The position numbers were made by a program, and so were the translations under genes. 64,000 nt of DNA, taken from positions 85,252,001 to 85,316,000 of the forward strand of contig NC_086097.1 in NCBI RefSeq assembly GCF_963921235.1, given 5' to 3'. Shown one piece after another: positions 61,556 to 64,000 of the stretch (position 1 is the stretch's first letter; each line of letters begins with the position of its first letter). This DNA comes from Mobula hypostoma. Its lineage: Eukaryota. Under the pieces are notes generated by a model. The model was not told where the DNA came from and ran no database searches. It saw nothing but the letters and a program-made list of their open reading frames with translations.

Positions 61556-63320
61556 TTCCTATACTCCTGACTTCCTGAATGAGCCTACCATGGGTAACAT
61601 TATCAAACACTTTACTAAAATCCATACACACCACAACTACTACTTTGCCTTCAATGTACTTTGTTATATCCTCAAAGAATTTAGTCAGGCTCTCCACAAA
61701 GCCATGCTGACTATCCTTAATCAGACTATATTTCTCCAAATGCCAGTGTAAGGAGTTTCTTCTTTCAGGTTATGTGCTAAGACCAATAAAATGGCTTCTC
61801 TGTAGTGTTATAATGAAATGGTTTCTTTGTAATGTTAACTGCTGAGTTAACTGTAGCAATTTGTTTAGGTTATAATTACTGATAACGGGAATTGTATTCA
61901 TTTGCTAATTGGGATAGATGTTATTCTTTCTCATGTATGAAAGCTACTGTTCTTCATGGGTTTTGGTCAGAAGGCGCCATGGGGAAGAAGAGAGAGGACG
62001 CATCTGAAGAGATGTGGTGACCTGTGGCTGGAGGAACCCTGACCGGGGGCTTGGGACCTGACAGAGTTCGGAGGAGATCGGCTAGTGGAAAGAGTTACGT
62101 GATCTCCAACATTTATTGTGCACAAAAGGGGTTGAATTGATAAAGTTACTGATTTGGCACCTTTTTATTTTCATATTTGGTTTTCTACTAACCCTATAGT
62201 TCAAGTAAAAATTATAAAATCTTAATTGTTTAACTGCATGTGGTGTATGACTTGTCATTTCGGGACACTGATTTGAAATGGGGGAGCACATCACACAGCA
62301 TCCACCCAAACGAGAGCTCTAAGGTTTGGCTGGGCAAGAGAAGGTTATCTCCCCGAGATCATACCCTAGGCAAAGCGAGTGTTACACCAGTAAGGCCTAT
62401 CACTAAGAATTTTCAATAATTTGCACACCACTGCAATAAGACTCACTGGTCTATAATTTCCAATGTTATCCCTTCTCTCTGTCTTGAACAAAAGAATAAC
62501 ATTTGCCACCCTCCAATATTATGGTACTACTTCTATGGCCAGTGAAAATGAAAAGATCATCGTTAACCATGCAGCAATCTCTTCCCTGACTTCTCATAGT
62601 AATCACGAGTATATCACATCCAATCCCAGGGACTGATCTTACCTAATGTTTTTCAAAGTTTCTAGCACATCCTCTTTCTTAATGCAACACGCTTCAGCAT
62701 ATCTGTCTGCTTTATGCTGTTGTCATGAACATCAAGGCGCCTCTCACTGGTGAGTACTGACACAAGGTATTCATCTAAGACCTCTCCTACCTCCTCCGAC
62801 TCGGGGAGTATGTTTCCTCTTCTACCCTTGATCAGGCCTACTCTCATTCTAGTTATCTTCCTATTCTTCACATACATGTGGAATATCTTGGGGTTTTCTT
62901 TAATCCTACCGGCTAAGGTCCATTATCTCTCCTATGTCCACCCTTAGGCTTCTTCGTAGCTACTTTGTAACTATCTGAAGTCCTGTCTGATCCTTGCTTC
63001 TTAAACTTTAAGGAAGCTTCTTTTTCCCTCTTGACTAGATGTTCCACATCTTTTGTCAGCCATGGTTCCTTCCTACCCTCCTTTCCCTGCCTCAGAGGGA
63101 CAAACCTATCCAGACCCCATGCAAGTGCACTGTAAATAACCTCTATGTTTCCATTTTGTATTTCCCTGAGGACTTTTTTTCCCAATTTATGTTCCCAAGT
63201 TCCTGCCTAATAGCATTAAAATTTCCTTTCCCCAATTAAATAGTTCCCCATACCGTCCGCCCCTTTCCCTCTCGAAAGCTATGGTAAAAGTCAAGGAGTT
63301 GTGGTCACTGTCTCTGAAGC
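61556..63320 (-). mobile_element. CR1 ORF2 fragment interrupted by a solo LTR
   Basis: LIKDSQHGFV, CMDFSKVFD and KEPWLTKDVEHLVKR; same subfamily as 6800-9420. Confidence 0.85.
61747..62386. mobile_element. Solo LTR (640 bp) with a 4-bp TSD
   Basis: TGTAA...TTACA termini. CCAG at 61743-61746 and 62387-62390. The CR1 sequence resumes cleanly after it. Confidence 0.85.
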
Positions 63321-63420
63321 CCTATAGTTTTCTCTGTACCCATATTTCCATACATTTACATTTCATCAGACATAGAAGCTGATTAGTGTATCAGTCTGTT
63401 GCACACAACGTTTTTCCCTA

Positions 63421-63960
63421 GTTCAAGTTTAATTGTCATTCAACCAAGCTTTAATACCCATGATCACAGACAAATGAAACAGTGTTACATCAGGGCCAAG
63501 GTGCAAAACAGTACCCACAGTCACACAAAGCACAAGGCACATACAGCATATCAGTAATATACAATCAGACATATAATATATAGTCCAAGGCTCTGAGTCC
63601 ATGAATGTTGCAGCAATTTGCAGTCAAACACAATACAACTTGTCTTCAGCTGAGCAAACTCTGGAGAGCAGCACCGACCACAGCTTGAAGGCTGCGTCAC
63701 ACAGCCTCCGGTGGAGCGCCCCGAATCCAACACTTCTCTCATGTGTGTCTGTAAACAGGGAAACCCGTGGCTTGAGGCCCAGTCCTCACCATGACCAGGG
63801 CCACACAGCTCCCGTGCTGGCTGCTCCCGCCAACCGCCACTCAACCAGTGAATCGGACTTGCAGCATTCCACATTAATGATGTCTAACAAGATGTTGTGA
63901 TCACAAGAAAAGCGGCTAAGATGAGCACTCGCTGTTAGACCGCACACTGCCTTCACTCAG
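63421..63960 (-). mobile_element. Unclassified short retroposon, same family as about 38520-39350 (+)
   Basis: Reverse complement shares gcgctccaccggag, gcaacattcatggactca, cttggactatatatt and cttggccctg, plus the gacaattaa tail. Confidence 0.65.
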
Positions 63961-64000
63961 CAACTCCTCCAAAGCCTCTCTGACATGGGCAGCAGCATGA

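Overview
This is vertebrate nuclear DNA, most likely from a cartilaginous fish and probably a ray; the taxon is inferred from the repeat families present. The only host gene I can support is the 3' end of a Na+/Ca2+ exchanger (SLC8A/NCX family, closest to SLC8A3/NCX3) on the + strand. Three coding exons (3689-3788, 41881-42153, 47010-47386) splice in frame across GT-AG introns of 38,092 and 4,856 bp, followed by a probable 3' UTR of about 4.9 kb ending near 52290. The rest is mostly degraded and nested mobile DNA: CR1 LINEs, Rex1/Babar-like LINE ends, V-SINEs, Penelope-like (PLE) fragments with a GIY-YIG domain, a palindromic hAT MITE, a 640-bp solo LTR and a short LTR with a tRNA-Leu-like primer-binding site. 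The most notable non-coding signals are (1) minimal hammerhead ribozyme motifs at PLE termini, one with an intact core, (2) a speculative HDV-like ribozyme fold at 35545-35730, (3) inverted PLE pairs, and (4) a hairpin-bounded composite element present twice. No CRISPR array, rRNA or true tRNA gene was found. Repeat boundaries are approximate unless a TSD or TIR is quoted, and family names come from motif recognition, not database searches.
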